Shown one piece after another: positions 8,990-17,485 of a stretch of 64,000 bases of DNA (positions are counted from its first letter, which is position 1; each line of letters starts with the position of its first letter). The notes beneath the pieces are model-generated. The model made no database searches and had not been told where the DNA came from. It worked only from the letters and a program-made list of their open reading frames with translations. The stretch comes from an uncultured Halobacteriales archaeon (GTDB lineage: Archaea; Halobacteriota; Halobacteria; Halobacteriales; Halobacteriaceae), in assembly GCA_964651725.1 (NCBI GenBank), contig CAZYYH010000001.1:2868-66867 (forward strand), in the 5' to 3' direction. The position numbers were made by a program, and so were the translations under genes.

Positions 8990-9805
8990 ATGGGGGATAT
9001 GGACTTGACTCGGGACAAATTCCAGGAGGCAGAGTTCTTCTTAGGCCAGATGCGAGAACACGTTGATGAGGATAGCTTCCGGTATCACATGAGCGCCTTC
9101 GTATCAGGGGCTCGGGCTGTGACAAATGTTTTTCAAAAAGAGTACAGGAGAAGCCAACATGAGGAGATATTCCAAGAGTGGTACGGTGGCATGAGTGGCG
9201 GGAACGGTTCGGACCCCCCAGAGCCCGGTACTATTCAAGATTACATGCGAAACGAGCCAATCTTCGTCTTCATGAATTCACTTCGGAATACTGTTCTGAA
9301 GGAGGGACTGCCGCTCACAACGGCAACTATGTTGACCGAAACAGACATATCTCCTACAGCAATCGAATTACTCGTAGACGAGGATTTTCCAGCACCTCAG
9401 GTGATCTTAGAGACAAAAGATGGTGTCGTTATAGGATCTTCTGTAGGTTACGCTTGGAAGATAGTGGAAGAGGAGAATCAAACACTCCTCTTAGCCATTG
9501 ACCAAGATGGGAATTGGTCTGCCATAATGGGATTCAATAATCTGGAATACGACCAATCGGAACTTCGTTGCCGATATAATTTCAGATACGGGGTTGATGA
9601 TGTGGATGATTTAAATGCCCTATTCTTTGCTGGTGAAGGTGAGGATCCGGAGAGTCTGAGGAGAGCGGATGAATCTTCCACAGATGTCAACACAGTCATT
9701 ACCCGGCTGTGTGAACGTTATCTACAAGAGATTAATTCTATATTGGGAGAATGGGAGCGGTATCTTGCTGACGAAACTGGACCAGATGAATTGACCGGTT
9801 TATGA
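8990..9805 (+). CDS. hypothetical acidic soluble protein
   Basis: 271-aa ORF directly downstream of the 505-aa membrane protein gene. Confidence 0.7.
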   Translation: MGDMDLTRDKFQEAEFFLGQMREHVDEDSFRYHMSAFVSGARAVTNVFQKEYRRSQHEEIFQEWYGGMSGGNGSDPPEPGTIQDYMRNEPIFVFMNSLRNTVLKEGLPLTTATMLTETDISPTAIELLVDEDFPAPQVILETKDGVVIGSSVGYAWKIVEEENQTLLLAIDQDGNWSAIMGFNNLEYDQSELRCRYNFRYGVDDVDDLNALFFAGEGEDPESLRRADESSTDVNTVITRLCERYLQEINSILGEWERYLADETGPDELTGL

Positions 9806-9837
9806 AGTACTGGTGGCTTCCTCCCATGACTCCTTTC

Positions 9838-9996
9838 TCACACCCTATCACACTCCTCGGTTAGATGCCGCGGATACTCACCTTTCACCACCTCATCTCC
9901 ACAGAAATCACACTCGCGGGTGTCGCCTTGGTACTGGTCCTCCCCAGCTCGATCTGCCTGCTTCCTCTTGTAGTAGTCGTTAGTCTCTTTCCTGCA
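9838..9996 (-). pseudogene. start-less copy of the small CCHC zinc-finger ORF
   Basis: The minus-strand frame ...GDTRECDFCGDEVVKGEYPRHLTEECDRV* has no ATG/GTG/TTG after the upstream in-frame stop. About 85% nt identity by eye to 15719-15800. Confidence 0.5.
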
Positions 9997-10217
9997 TCAT
10001 CGAACCAGCGCTGGCCGTGTACGGAGAACACATAGAGAGCCGCCTCCAATACCCGCTATACAGTAACGGAACTCGCGAGGACACCGGTTCCGAACCCCGC
10101 TCCGTGCGCCACGATGTTCAACAAGCACCACGGATTTAATCCGTAATCCAGTTGACGATGCGGTTGAACGCAATAGATTTATTATGCTGAATTGAGGTTC
10201 GTGCCAGTAAGGCAGGA

Positions 10218-11000
10218 ATGACCGAAGACCAGACTTGGGTTGACGAGGAGACTGAGTCATCATCGCCATCTTCGTCTGAGGGCTGGGTTCAGGACGTGGA
10301 GACTCTAGCCCATACTGACGAGCCTGTTGAGTCTCGCGAACTCGCTCTAGATTTTAGTAATCTTGAGGAAGTGGATATCGAGTTCCTTGATGGACAGACC
10401 GAGCGGACTCTTGATCGACACGCCGACGTCCAGGATGAGCACCGAAAACAAGCGAATTACATTCTAAGGGCTATGATAATTATCATCGGTGCAATCGGTA
10501 CGGTCACACCCTTTCTGGTGTCATTCTTCCAATCGCTTTCATTCGTCGAAATCGCAGTATGGCGAGGAGCAATGAGCTTGTGTTTCCTCCTCATCGCAGT
10601 GATGCTCAGTGAGTCGATTGCCATTGATATTCTCAGCATTGTTGATTCCGCATTTGACGTTCTCTCCCCAGAGAAAACAGAACGGGGCCTAATCGGGCGG
10701 CTTCTAACACTATTAGAAATCCTTGGCCCGGAAGCGGTTGATGAAGAATCAGGGGCAGGCGTCAGAAGTGTATCGATACTAGATGAGTTGGCAAAGGTCA
10801 TCGATAAACCTCACCGGGGTCTCCAGCCGGAAGTTCTTATGAACCGATTGAACAGGGTTCGTCGTAACGAGCGTGTGATCGACCAGAACAGTAAACATCT
10901 CCACGACACCTACGAGCGAGCGAAGCGTGGATTGGAAAAAATGGTCGGCATCCTAGTTCTCTTGACAGCCACCCTAATGCTTCTGGGGGCAGAAATATGA
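10218..11000 (+). CDS. membrane protein with acidic N-terminus
   Basis: 260 aa. An acidic ~75-aa head is followed by two or three TM helices (AMIIIIGAIGTVTPFLVSFF, AMSLCFLLIAVMLSESIAI), a helical region and a C-terminal TM helix. Confidence 0.7.
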   Translation: MTEDQTWVDEETESSSPSSSEGWVQDVETLAHTDEPVESRELALDFSNLEEVDIEFLDGQTERTLDRHADVQDEHRKQANYILRAMIIIIGAIGTVTPFLVSFFQSLSFVEIAVWRGAMSLCFLLIAVMLSESIAIDILSIVDSAFDVLSPEKTERGLIGRLLTLLEILGPEAVDEESGAGVRSVSILDELAKVIDKPHRGLQPEVLMNRLNRVRRNERVIDQNSKHLHDTYERAKRGLEKMVGILVLLTATLMLLGAEI

Positions 11001-11040
11001 CGATCAAACCTACAAATCCGGGTATGAGAGGTGTCCGTAA

Positions 11041-11307
11041 GTGACGAAAAAACAAACAAACCAAATGGAAAACGAGGATACTTCTCAGAGTAGACTGAGA
11101 GACAAAGTTGGTGAGTTCCTTGTCAGAGGCGTCTTTATCGTCGCAATTATAGGGATTTTATCTCCACTGTTTATCCAGTCCATATCGTCAATTACTAGCC
11201 CCCAATACGCTGAGGAGATTCCGATTATGCTCCTTGCAGTGCTATTTGCAGTCATATTACCACCGATTCGGTGGCTCTTCCGAGGTATTGTGCAGAAATT
11301 AGCGTGA
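11041..11307 (+). CDS. small two-TM protein
   Basis: 88 aa from a GTG start, with an alternative ATG at 11065. Contains two hydrophobic helices. Confidence 0.5.
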   Translation: MTKKQTNQMENEDTSQSRLRDKVGEFLVRGVFIVAIIGILSPLFIQSISSITSPQYAEEIPIMLLAVLFAVILPPIRWLFRGIVQKLA

Positions 11308-12216
11308 CTCGGCCTTTAGTTCGCGGAATGCCTCTGCGAAGGACTCGTTAACCCCTTCTGGGACATTTGATGCGATTTCTTTCCTTTGGAGATCTTCATA
11401 CGTATCCTCTAAGGAAACCCGGTACTTCTGCAGTTCAACCTCGTTCTCGGATTCCCAGCGCCCGAGCTGGCTCTCAATTGAATGATTGTTGTGTAGCATT
11501 CGGAGATGAACCTTGCTGAAGACCTCCCAAAACTCCTCAAGTTGGCTTTCTGCGTGTCGTATGTCCCCTTTTTCCAATAGGGTATACATGATTTGTGTCC
11601 ACTTGAGGAACTCAGGTTTCATTGTCGTATAGAGATCGGCGGGGTACTCCCGGAGCAGTTCCTCAAGCAAGTCAAGAAGTTTCTGCTTCTCAGATTCATC
11701 TTCAAAGGGGCTTTCATTAGAATCAGCGTTCTCAGCAAGTGCGTACACTTGCTTACGAAGCTCTTCAAACGATTGAATGAACTGATTGGGGGCGAAGTAT
11801 TTGTATTGTAGCTTCTTGATCTCCTCCACCTTCTTATTGGCGAAATTGCTTACAACAAATTCAATTGCCTCATCTATATCTCTTCTCGTCTCTTCCTCAA
11901 TTTCAAATGGTGTTTCAGGCTTTGCTGGTCGAACTTCCAATCCACCCCAATCAGCTTCGTCTAGTATGAACAGTGAGTTATCAAGCGGCTCTCGATTCCC
12001 AACTTCACCGTATCTATACCAGTATCTGGGGAATTCTATGTCGCGATCCAATTCGTCTTCGAGGTATCGATCGGCAATACAGGGAAGTTTTGAAAATTGT
12101 GTAGACGTCACTGATCGCCACTCCGGTTGTTCCTCTTGTAGTCTTGTTAAGAGACGATAGACTAGGTAGTTCCATTGCGCCTCCTGTTCTTCTGTAATCG
12201 GAGTGTGTGTAGTCAT
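11299..12216 (-). CDS. hypothetical acidic protein
   Basis: 305-aa ORF divergent from the 12608 operon. The N-terminal FSKLPCIADRYL...FPRYWYRYGEVG loosely mirrors the Panacea-like pattern of 12608..13117. This is weak. Confidence 0.7.
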   Translation of the reverse strand: MTTHTPITEEQEAQWNYLVYRLLTRLQEEQPEWRSVTSTQFSKLPCIADRYLEDELDRDIEFPRYWYRYGEVGNREPLDNSLFILDEADWGGLEVRPAKPETPFEIEEETRRDIDEAIEFVVSNFANKKVEEIKKLQYKYFAPNQFIQSFEELRKQVYALAENADSNESPFEDESEKQKLLDLLEELLREYPADLYTTMKPEFLKWTQIMYTLLEKGDIRHAESQLEEFWEVFSKVHLRMLHNNHSIESQLGRWESENEVELQKYRVSLEDTYEDLQRKEIASNVPEGVNESFAEAFRELKAESR

Positions 12217-12607
12217 TGGAACTGCTAGTTAGTAGTCGCAGACTCCGGCGAGTCCATTAATCTTTTCATGCTTCATTACCTCTTGAGTCGCCATTATATC
12301 GTCTAAAACGCTATTTGCGGGCGTGTCGAGAGATTTGCCGCCTATTCTCCGATTATTACAATCCATTGCAGCTGTTTACCTCCCTCACAAGATAGAGACC
12401 ACTCTTTAATAAGAAGTAGCCAACTGTAGAGTGAATGTGAAACTAAGAAGTAACCACTTTTCATTAGCAAATCCGCAGCACTCCGAATACAAAGCTTTGC
12501 GCTTGTGGTGTTACCACTGGAGGTGCCTTATACTAAAATTCAGAAATTCTATACAGAAACGTCAAGTACCTAGACCTAGAAGTCGGCGGCAGTGGTGACC
12601 AGAGGGA

Positions 12608-13117
12608 ATGCCGAAGATTGATGAAATCGACCGGCGGACGGATGTTGTCTTCATTGTTTTCCACTTCGCCGAAGAGATATCCGGGGTCACGAAGGTTCAG
12701 AAGCTTCTCTTCCTAATCGAGCAGGAGACCGAGTTCTTCCAGGAGTACGAGGAGAAGGTCGCGTTCAACTTTGCTCCCTACAAGATGGGGCCGTTCTCGG
12801 AGAACGTCTACCAAGAACTTCAATTCCTCCTCGAACTAGATGCTATCGAAGCTGAAAGATGGGATGACGGAACAGACATCGCTTCTACAGCTGATTTAGG
12901 GAACAAACGATTCACAATCACCCCGAAGGGACAGAAGATAGCTGCCCAGCTCGTCGAGGTTCTTGAACCAGAGCATGAAGAGGAGCTGCGAACCCTGGTC
13001 GAGCAGTACAATTCGATGTCGTTGGATGAGCTTCTGAAGTACGTCTACAGCGAGTATCCTGACTTCGCCTCCGAATCCGAGATCAAGGATGAAGTTTTCC
13101 AAGCGGGGGCTGACTAA
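12608..13117 (+). CDS. Panacea (DUF4065/SocA)-like antitoxin-type protein
   Basis: 169 aa. ISGVTKVQKLLFLIEQE...FNFAPYKMGPFSENVYQELQFL matches the remembered DUF4065 signature (KLqKLLy...f.aw.yGPv...vy). The stop overlaps the next start (TAATG, 13115-13119). Confidence 0.65.
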   Translation: MPKIDEIDRRTDVVFIVFHFAEEISGVTKVQKLLFLIEQETEFFQEYEEKVAFNFAPYKMGPFSENVYQELQFLLELDAIEAERWDDGTDIASTADLGNKRFTITPKGQKIAAQLVEVLEPEHEEELRTLVEQYNSMSLDELLKYVYSEYPDFASESEIKDEVFQAGAD

Positions 13118-13632
13118 TGGCGATTTCAGAAACCCTCTCGCACCAGTATATCGGGAGTATCTCCCACCAGTACACTGAGCGCTGGATTGAGACTGCCAAA
13201 GGGGACAACAAGCAGTATGTCCCAGAGAAGTACCAGCTCGGAGTGGTCACTGATTTCCTCAAGCAGAAGGGCATCTCCTTTTCGACCGAACACCGAATCT
13301 ACTGCTACCCAATCGACATCGTTGGTGTACAACGTAACACAACCATCGCAATTGAACTGAAGTCGAAGGATTTCAAGCGAGGAATCGAGCAAGCGCGTCG
13401 AAACGCGGCCTTCGTAGACTACTCGTTCCTCTCTGTCTGGAGTTCCAATATCACGCCGAACCTCCATTCCCGTGTCGAAGGGCTGGATATCGGGTTAATT
13501 GGGGTCAATTCGGGGGTCAAATTCCTGTCCGCTCCTTCAAAGACCCCCAAACAATTATATGCGAAAGATAGAATTATCGAATCGGTAGAAGCCCATGTTC
13601 GAAACGACGCTACGGTACAAGAATCTGAATAA
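13117..13632 (+). CDS. PD-(D/E)xK (Hjc-like) nuclease-fold protein
   Basis: 171 aa. EKYQLGVVTDFLKQKGISF...YPIDIVGVQRNTTIAIELKSKD gives the E...D...ExK arrangement of restriction-endonuclease-like/Hjc folds. Confidence 0.6.
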   Translation: MAISETLSHQYIGSISHQYTERWIETAKGDNKQYVPEKYQLGVVTDFLKQKGISFSTEHRIYCYPIDIVGVQRNTTIAIELKSKDFKRGIEQARRNAAFVDYSFLSVWSSNITPNLHSRVEGLDIGLIGVNSGVKFLSAPSKTPKQLYAKDRIIESVEAHVRNDATVQESE

Positions 13633-14857
13633 TAAGGACTCAGTCGAGACCCAGACTCAGCACTACGATTCTCTCCTGATTCAAGCCCATATGCTAGCAT
13701 ATGGGAGCAAGCAGATTCCCTTGAATATCAGCAACCTTGTCGAGGAGCACGGGGTTGAATATTACATCGACCCGATGATCTCTGATTTCCGAGTTGGAAA
13801 TGACTTCAGATCGAACGGGGGATTACGTGGTTGGCATTCAAAATACGTTGATGTCCTTGGTGATCCTCTACAGCGAATTCTAAAGGAAAACGCGAATGTG
13901 AATGCGAGACACGTCTCTGACTCTGACTTGCGGAAGATCTCGCAATCAGTGGTTCAGTTCCAGGAGGATTTCATTCCTACGCAGGTCGAGGAGGAAGCTG
14001 GTCGATACGACTCGGTCAATACCGAATCGTTGCAACCGAAAGCTGTGATTCCGTGGTCTCACAAAATCCAAAATAAGCGGGATATCCAGGCAAACCGCGA
14101 TATCATTGAGTACTCCCAAGAACAAGCAGAAAACTCGCTAAAGCCGTGTCTATTCGTCACTCCTGGATTCATACAGCGTCCAGGCAACAGAGCAGAGCTG
14201 ATTAAGCTACTATCGAACTTCGACGTTTCGCAGTGCTTTTTGTGGATTGAAGGGCTTGACAAGCACGAAACCCTAGAAAGCGTCTATAAGAATGCAGTGG
14301 ATTTAGTGTATGACCTATCTGAGAGCCGGATTGACCCCCATTTCTACTATGGTGATCACTTCTCGAATCTCCTCTCGTACTTTGGTTTGTCAGGGACTGC
14401 GTATGGCACGCTGTATTCCGAGGAGCGGTCTGAACAGCGTGAAAAAGCAGGGGAAGGCGGAGTTCAACAACGATTCTACGTTGAGCCACTCCGAGATTTC
14501 CTGAAAGTGACGGCAGCGGTTGACTTGATGGTGGACACAACGACCCCGATGTGTGGTTGTAAATACTGCTCCCGGCACTTCGATAGTTGGAATGAACTCC
14601 TACTTCGCCTCCAATCCGACGACGACGATGATGTTCTCTTACCAATTCTTCAGAAGCACGCCGTAGCTATGAAGTGGAGGAACGCTCGCTATGTCGAAGA
14701 ACACGATATTGACGAAGCGATTGAGAATCTGGAAGATACCTTCAAGAAGTACGTCTCTGCATATCGGAATTCCCCTCTGATAAGTCCACGAAAGTCCCCG
14801 AACTACTTAGCTAGTTGGAAGCATGTTCTGGAAGTCAAGAAGGACGAGTTTCTATAG
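13595..14857 (+). CDS. hypothetical protein with TGT-like CxCxxC...H zinc signature
   Basis: 420 aa, or 388 aa from the ATG at 13691. PMCGCKYCSRHF...LLPILQKH gives CxCxxC plus a His 30 residues later. Size is in the range of tRNA-guanine transglycosylase/DpdA enzymes. I could not locate the catalytic Asp motifs confidently. Confidence 0.7.
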   Translation: MFETTLRYKNLNNKDSVETQTQHYDSLLIQAHMLAYGSKQIPLNISNLVEEHGVEYYIDPMISDFRVGNDFRSNGGLRGWHSKYVDVLGDPLQRILKENANVNARHVSDSDLRKISQSVVQFQEDFIPTQVEEEAGRYDSVNTESLQPKAVIPWSHKIQNKRDIQANRDIIEYSQEQAENSLKPCLFVTPGFIQRPGNRAELIKLLSNFDVSQCFLWIEGLDKHETLESVYKNAVDLVYDLSESRIDPHFYYGDHFSNLLSYFGLSGTAYGTLYSEERSEQREKAGEGGVQQRFYVEPLRDFLKVTAAVDLMVDTTTPMCGCKYCSRHFDSWNELLLRLQSDDDDDVLLPILQKHAVAMKWRNARYVEEHDIDEAIENLEDTFKKYVSAYRNSPLISPRKSPNYLASWKHVLEVKKDEFL

Positions 14858-15026
14858 TTCGTAGCGTCAGTCGAGAATCTATTTCGCGCCCTTCAGGACG
14901 CTGACGCACCCTCGTGGACACGCGTGACCGGATTTCTGGTTGTCGAGCTGCTTGAGGAAGGGGTCACAGTCGGGACGGGAGAGAACTGTAACCTTTTAGT
15001 CAGCCTGGCGGAATTTGGAGACCGTC

Positions 15027-15659
15027 ATGGCCCAGGTTGAAACACTTGCTATTATCATTCCTCTACTGTTCGTGCTATTAGTTCAACTTATCGGGACAGT
15101 AAGGCAGTGCCCAATCAAAACTCATGTCCCGAATAAGAATTTGCTCAAGACGATTGATTACGGTCGAATGCCTTTTAGAGGACTGGCGGTCTCGGTTGCT
15201 GAAATACTTCCGACCTTGGGCCGATGGACAACAGGAATGGGCCGATTCGGGCTCCTACATATGCTCACTTCGTATTATGTCGGGGTAGTAGTTGCCGTTC
15301 TATATTATCTTTCCTGGAGTGAAGGGAATTTCCTGATCGTTCCAAGTTTAGCTATGGGGGTGTTCTGGATTCTCCTTCCGCTGTTCACTGTTGAGGAGTA
15401 TGATGAGATTGTGAATGAAGACATCAAACCCAGATCCATCGATTATCATACTATGATGGCAATCGGAGCGATATTGCTCATTTACGCAATTGTATCGGCA
15501 TCAAGGACTGTCGCAACATACGAGAATGTCGTGCTACTGGTCGGATTCATGATTATGAACTGGTATCACTACTATCTCTCAGGACTATATGAGGAGATGT
15601 TAGCAAGGGAAGTTGACTATGTACGCAACGGTGGGATATACGAGTCAAAAATGGAATAG
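15027..15659 (+). CDS. polytopic membrane protein
   Basis: ATG at 15027, whereas the track starts at a TTG at 15015. About 6 hydrophobic helices. Confidence 0.7.
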   Translation: MAQVETLAIIIPLLFVLLVQLIGTVRQCPIKTHVPNKNLLKTIDYGRMPFRGLAVSVAEILPTLGRWTTGMGRFGLLHMLTSYYVGVVVAVLYYLSWSEGNFLIVPSLAMGVFWILLPLFTVEEYDEIVNEDIKPRSIDYHTMMAIGAILLIYAIVSASRTVATYENVVLLVGFMIMNWYHYYLSGLYEEMLAREVDYVRNGGIYESKME

Positions 15660-15718
15660 CGAGGACTCTATCTGTCTCTTAATCAGAGTTCGGGGTCTAC
15701 TTGATTGTATTATATCCC

Positions 15719-15988
15719 TCAAACCCCATTACACTCCTCGGTCAGATGCCGCGGATACTCGCTTTTCACCACCTCGTCCCCACAGAAATCACATGCCCGC
15801 GTCTCGCCCTCGTACTGTTCCTCATCGGTTCGTTCTGCCTGCTCACTGTCGTCATTTCGGGCTGGTACTGAAAACCGGGTGGAGGGGTTCCACCGGCTGG
15901 CGTGACAGTGTGAGTGACGCGGCGTCGGCACTTGTTGCACCGGTGCACGTCGATGGTTCGTGCTCGCGCACGGTCGATTCGTCCGCAA
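15719..15988 (-). CDS. small CCHC zinc-finger protein (start uncertain)
   Basis: The C-terminus ACDFCGDEVVKSEYPRHLTEECNGV is CxxC-x12-H-x4-C. The N-terminal half lies in a high-GC patch and looks poorly coding, so this may also be a remnant. Confidence 0.4.
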   Translation of the reverse strand: MRTNRPCASTNHRRAPVQQVPTPRHSHCHASRWNPSTRFSVPARNDDSEQAERTDEEQYEGETRACDFCGDEVVKSEYPRHLTEECNGV

Positions 15989-16146
15989 CCATGGTATAGA
16001 TTGCCGTGGTATTGAGTAGCACGATTGCGGCGAGTATCGCCGTACAATGTTAGAATCGCTGCACGACGCTCAATCATCGAAACCGGATAGTGCCGTCATG
16101 AGCCACCCGATTAAGGACCACTCTGCCCTGGACTGTACGTCCCTAT

Positions 16147-16521
16147 CTAGTAGCTCCACGCCGACTGCTCGTCCTCCATCTCCAGCACCCACTCGTACTC
16201 AGAACGCACCCAGTCCACATTGTCCCGATGCGCATCGAGCCACGCGGCTGGATTGCTCGCGCGCTCCCACAGCACCTCGGTCTCCCCGAAGCCGTGCGCG
16301 TCGAACGCTTCCGCGATGACCTGGTGCTCCACCGAATCGTACATGACCACGCGCTCGCCGCCGTTGATGAGCGCGACGATCTCTGCCTCCAGGTCGCGTC
16401 GGAGCAGCAGCTCGGCGAGCTTGTCGGTGTGGACGCCTCGGCGCAACCGGGACAGCGCGCGGTAGAACGCCTCGAAGAGCTCCTGTCGGTCCTCCCTCGA
16501 GGGGTGGCTCTCTGTCGCCAT
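16147..16521 (-). CDS. hypothetical acidic protein (high-GC patch)
   Basis: 124 aa from the ATG at 16521. Its typical haloarchaeal codon usage contrasts with the surrounding island. Confidence 0.6.
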   Translation of the reverse strand: MATESHPSREDRQELFEAFYRALSRLRRGVHTDKLAELLLRRDLEAEIVALINGGERVVMYDSVEHQVIAEAFDAHGFGETEVLWERASNPAAWLDAHRDNVDWVRSEYEWVLEMEDEQSAWSY

Positions 16522-16711
16522 CACACGTAGGGGGTTGAGAGACGGGTAGAAAGGACTGAGCCACGGGTGGAGAGCGGAACTGAAAGTAAACTGGCCGAAT
16601 CAGTCCTTCCTCTCGACCTACGTGTGCAGCTCCTCTACCTGACAGCCACTTCCACTACTTGCGTGAGATGAATGCACTCAAGTTCCAGCCCGCTTTACTA
16701 ACTACATATCC

Positions 16712-17434
16712 ATGCCCACGTTTCGATTGGCACAAATATGTGGCAAAGGGCATCTCCTCTATATCGCAGATAGTCTGGATGATCTGGCGAGCGATAACCA
16801 GTGCTACAAATGCGGGAGCCAGATTTTCTCTCAGTGTCCTGAGTGTGAAGCCCCTGTCCGAGTCCGTGGCGTCTCCTCGGATGACGGGTCCATTAGCTGG
16901 AATCGCGAGAACCACTGCTACAACTGTGGTGTAGGGCTACCGTGGAAACCCTCTCAGTTCCAGCAGATGTTGAACGCACTTGGCACAAGCCATAGTCCTT
17001 CTCCCAGCGGGGTCATCCTACCACAGTCTACCCGCAAACACCTAGAGGAGACGAAATACGGACACGAAGTGATTAGCCACATTCAAGAGGGTGATCGGTG
17101 TTATTCGCACAGTCTCTGGCAGCCAGCTCTCGGGTCATATATTCATGCGTTCGAATGGGCAGCGATTACCTATCTCGAAGACGTCGAAGACGTGGATATT
17201 ATCGCCTACGAGCGCGAGGGGAACTTCTATACCTTCGCCAAGGGTGGGCAGAATATTCTTGACGAACTCCAACAGTACGTCGACCTGGATCAGAAGACCG
17301 TCTCGAGTATCAAACGGATGAATCGCGCTGAACGGCGCTGGATGGCTCACCACAAGTCGGGCGAGACGCTTCCCGATGAAGTGGACGCGGTCCGGTCCCG
17401 ACTCGGAACGTTACTCAAGACACTCTTCGAATAG
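16712..17434 (+). CDS. double zinc-ribbon protein with HEPN/DUF4145-like C-terminal domain
   Basis: The N-terminus has CGKGH...CYKCG...CPECE...CYNCG. The C-terminus SIKRMNRAERRWMAHHKSG contains Rx4H (RRWMAH), preceded by a helical region (SYIHAFEWAAITYLE). Confidence 0.65.
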   Translation: MPTFRLAQICGKGHLLYIADSLDDLASDNQCYKCGSQIFSQCPECEAPVRVRGVSSDDGSISWNRENHCYNCGVGLPWKPSQFQQMLNALGTSHSPSPSGVILPQSTRKHLEETKYGHEVISHIQEGDRCYSHSLWQPALGSYIHAFEWAAITYLEDVEDVDIIAYEREGNFYTFAKGGQNILDELQQYVDLDQKTVSSIKRMNRAERRWMAHHKSGETLPDEVDAVRSRLGTLLKTLFE

Positions 17435-17485
17435 AGACCACTGATACCCACGATTAATACGTCTAAGAGTCTTAATCGTGATTAT

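Noticed and set aside
8990-9805. A possible HEPN domain in the 271-aa protein (MNSLRNTVLKEG).
   Set aside because: The motif lacks the catalytic His (RNTVLK). The other candidate, RRSQH, has the wrong spacing (Rx3H).
10080-10112. A tRNA-like 3' end (ccggttccgaaccccgctccgtgcgcca) that could be an old att site.
   Set aside because: I could not fold a T-arm: there is no 5-bp stem around a TTCRAAT loop, and no acceptor complement upstream. The resemblance is limited to GGTTC..GAACC and a terminal CCA.
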